Part shown: piece after piece, positions 49,185 to 61,262 of the stretch
Layout of the letters: each line of letters begins with the position of its first letter
How positions within the stretch are numbered: the stretch's first letter is position 1
Assembly: GCF_001194135.2 (NCBI RefSeq)
Contig: NC_068982.1
Location: forward strand, 35,718,155-35,782,154
Direction: 5' to 3'
Length of the DNA: 64,000 nucleotides
DNA from: Octopus bimaculoides
Lineage: Eukaryota
The notes under the pieces: generated by a model
The model's database searches: none
The model's input: the letters and a program-made list of their open reading frames with translations, nothing else
Told to the model about the DNA's origin: nothing
Program-made: the position numbers and the translations under genes

Positions 49185-50999
49185 ATTTATTAAGGTGGCG
49201 AGCTGGCAGAATCGTTAGCGGCAGGCGAAATNNNNNNNNNNNNNNNNNNNNNNNNNNNNNNNNNNNNNNNNNNNNNNNNNNNNNNNNNNNNNNNNNNNNN
49301 NNNNNNNNNNNNNNNNNNNNNNNNNNNNNNNNNNNNNNNNNNNNNNNNNNNNNNNNNNNNNNNNNNNNNNNNNNNNNNNNNNNNNNNNNNNNNNNNNNNN
49401 NNNNNNNNNNNNNNNNNNNNCCCGCCGCTACGTCCTGAGTTCAAATTCCGTCGAGATTGACTTCACCTTTCATCCTTTCGGAGTCGATAAATTAAGTACC
49501 AGTTGCGTACTGGGGTAGATCTAATCGACTGGCCTCCTCCCCACAAATTTCAGGCCTTGTGCCTTTCGTAGAAAGGATTATTATTATTATCATCATCATC
49601 ATCATTATTATTATTATTATTATTATTAAATTTTGTCTGGAAATTTGTCCTAAGTAAAGGTGAGAGTTGGCGAGGATTAGGTTATTTCAACCATTTGATA
49701 TTAATCTTTGCCAAAAATTACTTCGTATAAAAGGTTTCACAACTGTTCCGTCAGTAAGTACGATTTCTTTGCTTTGGCAAGCGATCGCTTGTAAGACACG
49801 GCAGAACAATATTCCGTTAATTTCTAGTGAAAGGTCAAGCTACTATTTAGTCTCGTTTCTATCAAAGAATTTTCTCTACTAAGAAAATATTATCTGGAGT
49901 TATTAAGCAGTTTGCGATACCTTCTGCCAAATGTTCTGCAGAGATGTAAATATCAGCAGTCACGTGGTACTCTGGGAAAATATAGTCTTTAAAAAAATCG
50001 TTACAACTTTCACCTGATACATTTGTCGGAAAATAGTAAAACTAACTTATGTAATAGCACCTCCCTCACTGGCATAAAAATAATTCTAAAATGCTTCCTC
50101 GAAGTTAGAGAGGTGTAGCTTTTTGTGACCATATTTCTGTCTTCGTTTCAATTAATTTAGAAAATTAAAAAAACGTAATTTAGTAAAATAACTCCGACGT
50201 TATTAAACTGATGTCTGGAACATGCAATTTTGATGGAACGTTTTCTTTCAGATTACTGTAGAACAAAAGTTTGTACCANNNNNNNNNNNNNNNNNNNNNN
50301 NNNNNNNNNNNNNNNNNNNNNNNNNNNNNNNNNNNNNNNNNNNNNNNNNNNNNNNNNNNNNNNNNNNNNNNNNNNNNNNNNNNNNNNNNNNNNNNNNNNN
50401 NNNNNNNNNNNNNNNNNNNNNNNNNNNNNNNNNNNNNNNNNNNNNNNNNNNNNNNNGGTAACGGAGGCGAGGAGGAGTAGGAGGAGGAGGAGGAGGAGGA
50501 GGAATAGTAGTACTAGTTGCGGTTGTTGTTGGAGCTGTTATTAGTGTTACCCTCCGAGTCACTCCTGATCGAACTGAGATGTAGTTGGCGATGACATAAT
50601 ACTGCCCTCGTGTTTGTTGTTACAATTACTGCTCCCTTGAGTTTCTCATTATGATTACTGATCCCTCGTATTCGTTACTACCCTTACTCTTTGATTTTTG
50701 CTTCTAATGTGTTTTCTTTGTTTGCAGATTAATTTATACTATACTTTTTTTTTCGCTTGTTTCAGTCATTAGACTGCGGCCATGCTGGGGCACCGCCTTG
50801 AAGCATTATAGCCGAATGAACTGACCCCAGTACTTTTTTTATTTTTTTAAGCCTGGTATTTATTCTATCGGTCTCTTTTACCGAACCGCTAAGTCACAGG
50901 GACATAAACACACCAACACTGGCTGACAAGTTGTGGTGAGAGACAAACACACACACACACACACAAATATATGCATAGATACATACATATCTATGCATA

Positions 51000-51050
<51 letters not shown>

Positions 51051-51244
51051 NNNNNNNNNNNNNNNNNNNNNNNNNNNNNNNNNNNNNNNNNNNNNNNNNN
51101 NNNNNNNNNNNNNNNNNNNNNNNNNNNNNNNNNNNNNNNTATACATACATATGGGAGAATGTACGAAAAAAACAACAACAGACGAGGACAGGTGGTGTAA
51201 ACAACAAAAGGATGTATTAGTTTGACGCTCGGGAATACAGAAAG

Positions 51245-51281
51245 TCTTTAACGTTTCGAGCTACGCTCTTCAACAGAAAGA
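51245..51281 (-). ncRNA. Minimal type I hammerhead variant (CUGUUGA core) in a Penelope-like tail
   Basis: Minus strand reads TCTTT-CTGTTGA-A-GAGC-gta-GCTC-GAAA-CG-TT-AAAGA. Stem I is 5/5, stem II 4/4, stem III is the palindrome ACGT. A related tail lacking the core lies at about 48780-48860. Confidence 0.65.
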
Positions 51282-51347
51282 ATACGGAGAAAACAAGGAG
51301 AAAGACACGGAGAAAAAAAATTGAATGGTGTTTGGTCAACGATCTAT

Positions 51348-51392
<45 letters not shown>

Positions 51393-51693
51393 CGTGCTTC
51401 TTTCAGTTTCATCTATCAAATCCACTTACAAGAATTTAGTCGGCTCGAAGCTATAGTAAGCACTTGCCCAAGGTGTCACGCCGTGGAACTGAATCCGAAA
51501 CCATGAGGTTGAGAAGCAAGCTTCTTACTACACAGCCACTCCTGTGCCCATAGTAGTAAAATTCGTATCGATCTTACGCTTTTTAAGCGATTTTAGATTA
51601 GACCTATATCAGACACTGCATGCTGCATCGATTCCAAGAGGCTCTTCAACAATGGAAATGTAAGAAATATTCGTTTTATCTCTGGAAATTAAC

Positions 51694-51935
51694 CGGACAT
51701 GTCAACAATGGTTTGGCCAGTTTCGCTCGGGAAATTTTTCCCTCGCGAACACCCGTTGATCAAAACGACCAAGTTCTGTCATCACTGATCTTCTGAAGAC
51801 CAGAGATAAGGAAAGTTCAAGCAAACTGCACGAGAATTAGCAAAACAATTCAATTCATATCACACTTCGATCATAAAATAATTTTATCAACTCAGAAACG
51901 TGTCTAAACTTGGTTAGTTGGTCGTTCATCATCTG
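51694..51935 (+). mobile_element. Mariner N-terminal (HTH) remnant
   Basis: RTCQQWFGQFRSGNFSL...KRPS...RELAKQFN resembles the mariner WF-x-x-FRSG-x-FSL...RSGRP segment; heavily degraded. Confidence 0.65.
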
Positions 51936-54900
51936 GCTGCTTCCCATTTTTATCAAAGAATTGCTTTCTTCTACAGAAGTATGCTATATTTATTTAGTGC
52001 GCTTGTTCTACATTCAGTCATTAAATTATTGAGGCTGCGTAATCAGAAATTTCACTCTTTAGATGGCGTAGAAAAGAATTTGGATCAATTTCAAGTTGTG
52101 CCAGGCGGAGCATGAGTAAAATACTGAGTGAAATATATATTAGTTCTATACAAGCACATGTGTGCGTGCAAAACTTATATATGTACTCGGTTATGCTGAA
52201 ATTGTCATTATTAGAATGAAATGATATATTTGTCGTCATTAAAGTGAAACTATATTTTACTCCATCCATTTCCAATTACATGAAGCTTAAGTTTTAAGCT
52301 ATGCGTATCCTATATTTAAATTCATTAACAGCTCTTGTGTTTCAGTCCTCCTCCTTATATATTAGTAGATCTCAATTTCTTATCTACAAAATTAAAATGA
52401 ATATTAAACCTATATACACAGAAAGAACTTTAAAAAAAATTCTTACGATCAGGAAGAAGTTGCTTTGTTTTGAGTATAACTGTCACATGCTAGTATCCTG
52501 TACCGTTAGTTGTAATCATATCTTCCTGAAAGTACAAAACAGAGGGAATAAAAACCATCAAAAGTTAACACAAAAGAATAGTGTGTATAAATTAAATATA
52601 AACATACATTTAGACAAAACACAACGGGGAATGAAATTGAATGAGCACCAATGGTACCTGGAATTCTCATTTGGTATGCACATTGGTACCGATCGTTTAA
52701 CGAGCACACGCAAATTTCTTCTAAAATATGCTACTTTAAACCGAAGTTGAAGAATCACGCGCACGCGAGAAATATTTCGTATGCGTTCAAATTTGAAACC
52801 GCCCGTTGATGACGTCTCTGAAAATTTATATGAAAAAGAGAACAGTTTAAGCCTTAAGACCAAAATAATATTCGTGCATATCTATCCTTTCATAAAATTA
52901 GAAAATATGCAGCTTATTTATTATTATGCTCACAACGCGGCGCATCCTCAGGTTCTTATCATTTATAATTCACCCATGAGTGGTGGCGCAATAGCCCAGT
53001 GGTTACGGCAGCGGACTCGCGGTTTCGATTCCCAGACCGGGCGTTGTGAGTGTTTATTGAGCGAAAACACCTAGAGCTCCATGAGGCTCCGGCAGGGGAT
53101 GGTGGCGAACCCTGCTGTACTCTTTCACCACAACTTTCTCTCACTCTTACTTCCTGTTTCTGTTGTACCTATATTTCAAAGGGTCAGCCTTGTCACACTG
53201 TGTCACGCTGAATATCCCCGAGAACTACGTTAAGGGTACACGTGTCTGTGGAGTGCTCAGCCACTTGCACGTTAATTTCACGAGTTCCGTTGATCGGATC
53301 AACTGGAGCCCTCGAAGTCGTAAGCGACGGAGTGCCAACAACAACAATCTAAAACGATGCCTTACCTTTACTATAAAGTAATGCAATTCGTTGTTAAAAC
53401 TGCATGTACAGTTGTCTGTCTTCCCTCTATAACCATACTAGAATCTTTTCAAATTTACTGTTTAGTAGCTAGTGCACTGTGAGCTTTACAGGATAATTCT
53501 AGTCGAGTGTCTAAAATGTAATCTTTGAACAGTCCCAGTTCAATTATAAACTCGCTTATTTCCACTGTATTGTCGATTTATTATGCTAACTATTTTTCTT
53601 CCTCGAAGTATCTTGTCCACTTACGTCTATAACTTAATATAGATATAGGCACATATGTTCTTTGAACTTTCCCAGTTCAATTATAAACTCATTGAGTTTT
53701 GTTGTATTGTCCAGCTTAATATTCATTTTTATTCTTATAATTTAGAATCGGTGTTGAACAACAGAGATGTTTAGAGCAATAAAACGACAAACTAAATTAA
53801 CAGTTCAAGCAAAACGATAACATCGATCTCGCCGGTCTCGAAGGGTCTGGAAAGGCAATGAGCTCGGCTCCTTCCTTCAAGCAAAACCAAAAAAAAGTCT
53901 GCTGTTCCTCGTTACTTTTTCCTTCTTCAGAGCCTCTTGTCCACCTCAGTCTATGTTTAAATTTAAATATATACATGCATATTTCCTTTGAGCAGTCACA
54001 GTTCAATTATAAATGCATTGATTTGCGTTGTATTCTCTTTTTAACTCTTCTATTACAACAACCATGTAAAGCAATGGAAATGATTGTAAAGGTAAAACGA
54101 CAGTATTAAGTCTCGGACATCTTGATTCCGAATTCAAATTCCAGGAGAGTTGGATTTGTTTGTCATCAGTGATAAGTCAATAAAACAAATAACGCTATTT
54201 ATATTACTAAACTAATATCATTCATGATTTATGTTAATAACTTATAAAAGATATTCATTAATTCTTAAAGTATAAAAGCCAACACTTTACTCAAATACTG
54301 ATAACCTGAACTTCCTCTTATTTAAATTATTCTTTTTCTCTTTGAATTGTTTTGGAAATACAGAACAAGCCATCAGTCATTCTTTTTTTTCTTTTTTGCC
54401 CTTCATTCATCAATTATATTTGCTATTCTAAAAGAGTGGTTGATAATGTTTGCTTAAATGGAAAGAGTTATAAAATATATTGTTAGCCATGTTTATTTTT
54501 AAGTCTGTTTTTCTATTCTTCTAACTTTCTCCTTGGCAATTATGCTACATTACATGCTGTGTATATTATGCAACAATTGTATTTCAGTATCGAAATACTT
54601 GTAGCGACTCAAGAAATACATAACTCCTATCGTGATCATTTAAATGATCCGCAGAATAGACAGACAAAACAGTTGTTATACGTCAGAATTTACCTGTCGT
54701 TGAAACAATATCATGACCTATAGCTAGTTTTTGGGAAACGTACAGATGTTGCAGCATTCATTTCCTTCCCCTACAAATCTCAGTCATTGTGTCGGGTCGG
54801 ATAAACAACGAGCATCTACTAAAATGTGCTTTCATTGAATAACTACGACACAGTAATAGCGCAAAATGTCATGAAACAGATTTGCTTGTAGAACTCTCCA

Positions 54901-55924
54901 GACTAATAAATTGATGCGATTGGTGTTTGATTTTAAATTTTACAGGTTGATGTTGAAAAGAAAACGTTGGCATGGAATAAGTTTCGAAGGTTTTTTATTC
55001 TGGGAAGGAAGGGTAGGATTAGTACAAGTCTGAGGAGAGTTGAGATATTGGGAGCCAAAGAAAGCTTCTCTAGCATAGACTGCAATGCGACAGATGACTT
55101 CCGTTATAAGAAATAAGTAACAATTGAAGCCTAAAAGTGTGGTTTGAGTGGAAGACCTTACCGCTGGCAACTTTGCTTTCGCTAAAATTCTCGAGGATAA
55201 CATACACGTACCACAAGAGTGGGACAAAAAGAAATCAGGTCACCGAGAGATCTGAATTTACATAAACCGTACATTTAGCCACAAAATAAGAAAGGAAACT
55301 TGAGGTATCTGGAAAAAGGAAAAATATACTGTAAACGCAAAACAAAAAACACTGATTACATTGATGCCAAAATATGGTTTTCTAATGAAATTGTCTCAGT
55401 TCCAGATTTATTACTACTAAAAACTTCATAACTAACATTAATGTTGTAGTTTTTAGTGGTAGATGGTTTGCTTTTCGTCTGTCTTTACATTCTGAGTTTA
55501 AATTCCACTTAAGCCGACGTTGCCTGTCATCATTCCGAGGTCGATAAAATAAGTGTGAACTGAACAATGGGGTTGAAGTAATCGATTTATCCCCTCCCCC
55601 GAATGTGCTGGCCTCGTGCCAAAATTTGAAACCAACATTAGATCATTTGCTTAAAGGTGGCATGCTAGCAGAATTGTTAGCACGCCGGGCAAAATACTTT
55701 GCGGCATTTCGTCCGTCAATATGTTCTGAGTTCAAATTCCGCCGACGTCGATTTTGTCTTTCATCTTTTAGGGGTCAATAAAATAAGTACCAGTCGAGCA
55801 CAGGGGTCGATGTCATCGACTTACGCCCCTCCCCGAAATTGCTGACCTAGTTTGAAATTGATATTAAATTGTTTGCTTAATTTTTTTTTTAATTTGGCAG
55901 AAAGCAATTTTCAAAGTAACAACA

Positions 55925-57250
55925 TACGAGGGGGTACCCAAAAGAAACCGGAATTTCGCAATATTGTTTTATTCACTTAAGTTCTACACGTTTACACTTT
56001 TATCACCTTCAAAGTATTCTCCATTTGAAGCATTGCATCTGTCCAGGCGCATTTTCCACTGTTCGAAGCTGTCCTGGAACTCTTGGGAAGTGATGCCTTT
56101 CAACGCCTCTGTCGGGTTTTTTTTCTTCACCTCTTCCACATCTGCAAAACGTTTTCCTTAAAGGACTTTTTTCATTCGGGGGAATAGAAAAAATCGCAGG
56201 AAGTAAGATCGGGTTAATAAGGTGGGTGGATAAGCAGGGTCATGCCATTTTTGGTCAAAAACTGTTTCACACTCAAATCGGAGTGCGCAGGCGCACTGTC
56301 GTGATGCAACCACTACTCTCCACTTTGTCACGGGGCGTTTTCGTCTCACTGCATCTCGCAAACGCTTCAGAACTACCAAGTAAAATGTCTGCTAGACATT
56401 TTGACCAAGCGGAATAAATTCTGTATAGACAATTCCTTTCGCGTCGATGAAACAAATCAGCATCGTCTTGACATTGGACTTCACTCGACACGCTTTTGTG
56501 AGGCGTGGTGACATTGAGTGCTTCCATTGACTTAATTGTTGCTTCGTTTCCGAGTCGTAGCCATAACAGCAGCTTTTCTCACCAGTGATTATCTTCAAAA
56601 AAAGGTCCGTATCAACTTCCAGCTGTTCTTTCAGTTCATGACACGCATTCTATCGTGACTGTTTTTGATCTACCGTGAGCAAGCGAGGCACAACTTTTGC
56701 TGCGACGCTTTTCATTCGCATTTCCTCTCTCAATATTCATTGGCAGGAACTCCAGGACACACTAGTCATATCAACAAATTCGTTAATTGTTCGGTGACCG
56801 TCCTCCAAGATCAAATCATGAAATTTCATGATGTTTTCATTCGTTCGGGAGGTCGACGGTCGCTCTGAACGAGGTTGGTCTTCAAGCAATAAGTGACCGT
56901 TCCTAAAGCGTGAAAACTACTCGTAAACTTGTGTTTTGCTAATGGCAGACTCTTTGTAAGCTATTTGAAGTATGACAACTGTTTCGACCGCCGTTTTTCC
57001 CAGCAGAAAACAGAATTTCACGGGAGCACGCTGTTCCTTCGTTTCAGCCATCGCAAAAGTCGACGAACAGAGGAGAAGCACTGCAAAACAATGACGTACC
57101 ACGTGGAAGTATGACTGCAGCAGGTGTCGCCGGTCGGCAGACTGATGCCCGAGGGTCGCATCAAGTGGCTTCTTGCAGCGGAAGTCTGAACTACAACTGG
57201 CTTGCCCCTCAGAGAACGTTTCCGGTTACTTTTGAGTACCCTATCGCATA
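55925..57250 (-). mobile_element. Near-full-length decayed mariner, irritans-like; transposase pseudogene at 55984-57051
   Basis: TIR cores gggtacccaaaagaaaccggaa and the reverse complement of gggtactcaaaagtaaccggaa. Fragments MAETKEQRAPVKFCFLLGKTA, IITGEKSCCYGYDSETKQQLSQWK, SNVKTMLICFIDAKGIV and FFLFPRMKKVLKGKRF; stops and frameshifts present. Confidence 0.95.
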
Positions 57251-57743
57251 TGTGACATTTTTTCAAAATGATACAATAATAATGAGCTATTAGGCGCGAG
57301 CGTTGTAATACAGTAAAGAAGTTTGCTTCCTAACTGCATGGCTCCCTGTTCAGTACTATTGCATGGTACTTTGGGCAAATGTCTTTAATAGTCCTTGACC
57401 GAGCAAAGCCTTGCGAGTAGATTTGGTTGACGGAAACTGAAAAATAAGCCCGCCCTACATCGGTAAATAGATAGATAGATAGATAGATGAATAGATAGAC
57501 GGATGTGTATGCATGTGTGTGTGTAATATATATATAAAATTGTATATATCTGTGAGTGTATTTGTGTTTGTTCCCTACCACCGTTTAAAAACTGGTGTTG
57601 GTTTGTTTAAGTCCACCATATCTTAGCGAAATGAATAAATAGCGGGGATAAGACAGTATAAGCCAGAATATTGTGATACACACAACTGACATTTCTACCA
57701 ACTTATAAAAATTTATTGTAGTTGCGGTGGCAGCAGCAGCAAC

Positions 57744-57802
<59 letters not shown>

Positions 57803-60119
57803 CAGCAGTGACAGCAACAGGGGCAGCAGCGGCGGTAAAAGAAATCAACGGCCGCAGTCATGGTAGTGGTTGCAGCGGCTGCCACGGCGGCGACGACGAC
57901 AGCGACGATTCCCCAAGTTATAACAGTAAAAACACTACCGTAGTTGAGAGCCAGCGCAGTGGTTCTCAGATTGATAAATACCAATTCCCTAACCAAAACG
58001 AGGAGAAAATTTGGCGGGGCACTCCACTCTCATAATGGTTTCTGATTTAGGCAGAACGCCAACAGATTTCGGAAGACAGGGTTTGTCGATATCATAACTC
58101 CATGATACTTATGGAAGAAAAACAATGTTGACATCTGCAGAATTTGAACTCGAAATGTAAAGAGTCAACACAAGTACCATAAATGCCTTTTTCTCGACGC
58201 GTTGACTATTCTGCCAGCTCGGAGCATTTCGCTGTTCTTATTTAGAACATGTTAATGATAGAAAACATGGCAATTTGTCCCCTCCCCTTCACACACACAC
58301 ACACCAGTTTTAATTCTCACAGTCCCATCCAAGTATGGGATCTGTACCGCCTTAACACATAGGCTTACTAGCAGTTGTCCACGGGTCAGGGCTGTCCCAC
58401 CAGCATTATCGACCCCCGGGTAGATTAATGCACTGAGCTGTATTGTAATTGTTAATTAACAGCAAGCCACAACAAACCTAGATAAGAATTGGCTCCTTGG
58501 TCCATTGGACTGCAGAGCAGCTGTCCGATGTGCTAATCCTTATAGTATTTATTTATTGACGGCAAGCTACAATATATATAGATTAAATTTGGGCTCCGGG
58601 ACAACCATCCAGTGTGCTGGTCCCTATTGTAGTTTATTACTGGTTTCAAATTTTGGCTGAAGGCTACCAATTTCGGGGAAGGGGTAAATTGATTACATTG
58701 ACCCCAGTGCTCAACTGGTACTTATTTTATCAGCCTCGAAAGGATGAAAGCAAAATTAACATCAGTAGCATTTGAATTCAGAAAGTAAAGACGGCATTTT
58801 GCCCGGCACGGTAACAATTCTACAAGCTCACCTTATAGTTCATTATTGACAAGCTATAGCATACATGGACCAGAATTGGACCCCTAGATCTGTGAGGCCC
58901 CCAGGCAACTGTCCACTTTGCCCATACCTTAAAACAATAATTCTGGAGGTCTCATGGGTCTGGGGGCCCAATCATGATCTATGTATGTCGTGATTAACTA
59001 GCAATAAATAAATACAATACCAGAGCATTGATTTGTCCGGGAGCCTATGATACTGTTAAGACGGCCCTCAGTAGGGCCTATTTTTCACTTCTATGGGAAA
59101 CACTACGCTAGCTTACATTCTTTACATTCTTGTTTTTAATTGTCGACTTCTTTTTATCGATAAATTAGCATTGATCTTTGCTAGACTAGAACTCTGAAAA
59201 GTTACAGGAATAAACTAACCTTAAGTATCACGCGCGCGCGTGTGTGTGTGTGTGTGTGTTAGATAGCTATGCTTTACCTTATCTATGCTTTACCATATAG
59301 TTATGTTTACGTTTATACATATGTAGCAGACTGTACAGGAGTGTGTTGAACGCTTTAATACTTGCGCCAGTAAAACACAACACATGCGTGCGCTCTTGTG
59401 TATGCGTTTGTTTGTGGAAGAGAGAGGTGTCTTTTCTCCGCTCTGTATCATTTCCAGCAGAATGATATCGATAAATATAATTCATTCTTTCAAAGTGAAA
59501 AGTTATTTACGCTGTTTTTCACTTTTGCCAATTATCAATCTGTATTGGAAATGTCTAGAGTGCGGCAAATTAGAAAGAATAGCTCTGCTATTACACTTTC
59601 TGCTTCGTGAGTAACAAACCCCATTTAAACCGATGATCTAGTCAAGCTTAATGGCTGATATAATTTTAATGCAAGTATTTGTACCGCCTTCCGAAATAGA
59701 TATGTTAGACTGAAAACAACTTGTATGTATTTGCATTTTTTTATGTGAACAAAAGAACTGCAGTTGTTTTGGGTACGTTGCTGATAAGCCAGAAGTTCGA
59801 ATTTACGTATGGTTGTTCAGTCAAGTGAAATCTTGCGTTTCAGATGGTTTAACGTTTTGAGTTGCTTTGTGTGTGTATGTGTGTGTGCTTATATATAAAT
59901 ATATATATATATATATANNNNNNNNNNNNNNNNNNNNNNNNNNNNNNNNNNNNNNNNNNNNNNNNNNNNNNNNNNNNNNNNNNNNNNNNNNNNNNNNNNN
60001 NNNNNNNNNNNNNNNNNNNNNNNNNNNNNNNNNNNNNNNNNNNNNNNNNNNNNNNNNNNNNNNNNNNNNNNNNNNNNATATATATAGGAGGAGGAAACAA
60101 TATTTTTTTCCATGTTATT

Positions 60120-61262
60120 GATTCTTAACATTAGCACAGGACTACAAGTTTTGGAGAGAGAGCACAATCGATTACTTGATTGATAGTTATTTTATGTATA
60201 CCGGAAGGATGAAAAGCAAAAAAAAAAAAAAATTGATCACGGCTCGATTTGAACTCGGTACATAAAGGGACACAACTAATTCCTGCAAGATCTATTTTTG
60301 TTTTTCGTTTCTTCTACTATAGCCACAAGGTTTGAAATTTTGTGGAGAGAGAGCTAAGTAGATTACAGCGACCCTGCTGTTCAACTGGTACTTATTTTAT
60401 CGGTTCCGAAAGGGATGAAAAGCAAAGTCGACCTCGGCAGAATTTGGACTCAGAACATAAAGCCGGAAGAAATTCCACTAAGCATTTTATCCGGCATGGT
60501 AACAATTCTGTCAACTCACCGCTTTTCGTATTATAGTAATAATCCTTTCTTTTAAAGCCTGAAATTCTGGAAAGTACAGTAATAGCTCTTTCTTATTTAT
60601 GGCACAAAGCCAGAAAAAATTGAGGGGAGGGACAAGTTGATTACATCGACCTCAATGCTCAACTGGTAATTATTTTATCGATCCTGAAAGGATTAAAGGC
60701 GAAGTCGACTTGTTTGACCTGAGAACGTAAAGTCAGAAAAAATGCCGCTGAGCATTTTGTCCAGCGCGGTAACGATTCTGACAGCACGCCGCCTTGTATT
60801 GGAAGAATAATAACCCTTTCTTCTACAGACACAAAGGTGTGGAAGGGAATGTCGATTACATTGACCCCCAATGCCCAATTGGTAATTATTATATCGACTC
60901 CGAAAGGATAAAAGGCAAAGTCGACTTCAGCGGAATTTTAACTCAAAACTTAAAGACAGGTGAACTGCCGCTATGCACTTTGTCCGGCGCACTAACAATT
61001 CTGCCAGCTCGCCGCCTTGTATTAAATAAATAATACTTTTTATTAAAGGCACAAGGCCTGAAATGTTGGGGGCGGGGTAAATTGATTACATCGACCCCAG
61101 TGCTCAATTGGTACTTATTTCATCGACTCCGAAAGGATGAAAAGCAAAGTCGACCGCGGCGAAATTTGAACTCAGAACGTAAAGACGGTCGAATCGTCGC
61201 TAAGCATTTTGCCCAAATGTCGCTAAGCATTTTGCCCGGCGTGCTAACGATTCTGCCGCCTT
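60120..61262 (-). mobile_element. Array of five head-to-tail family A SINE units
   Basis: Same orientation throughout; four heads are followed on the + strand by the same GTATT-initiated spacer. Confidence 0.85.

Noticed and set aside
53811-53870. P-loop/kinesin-like peptide IDLAGLEGSGK
   Set aside because: It lacks the GKT/GKS or DLAGSE consensus and has no canonical donor or supporting exons.
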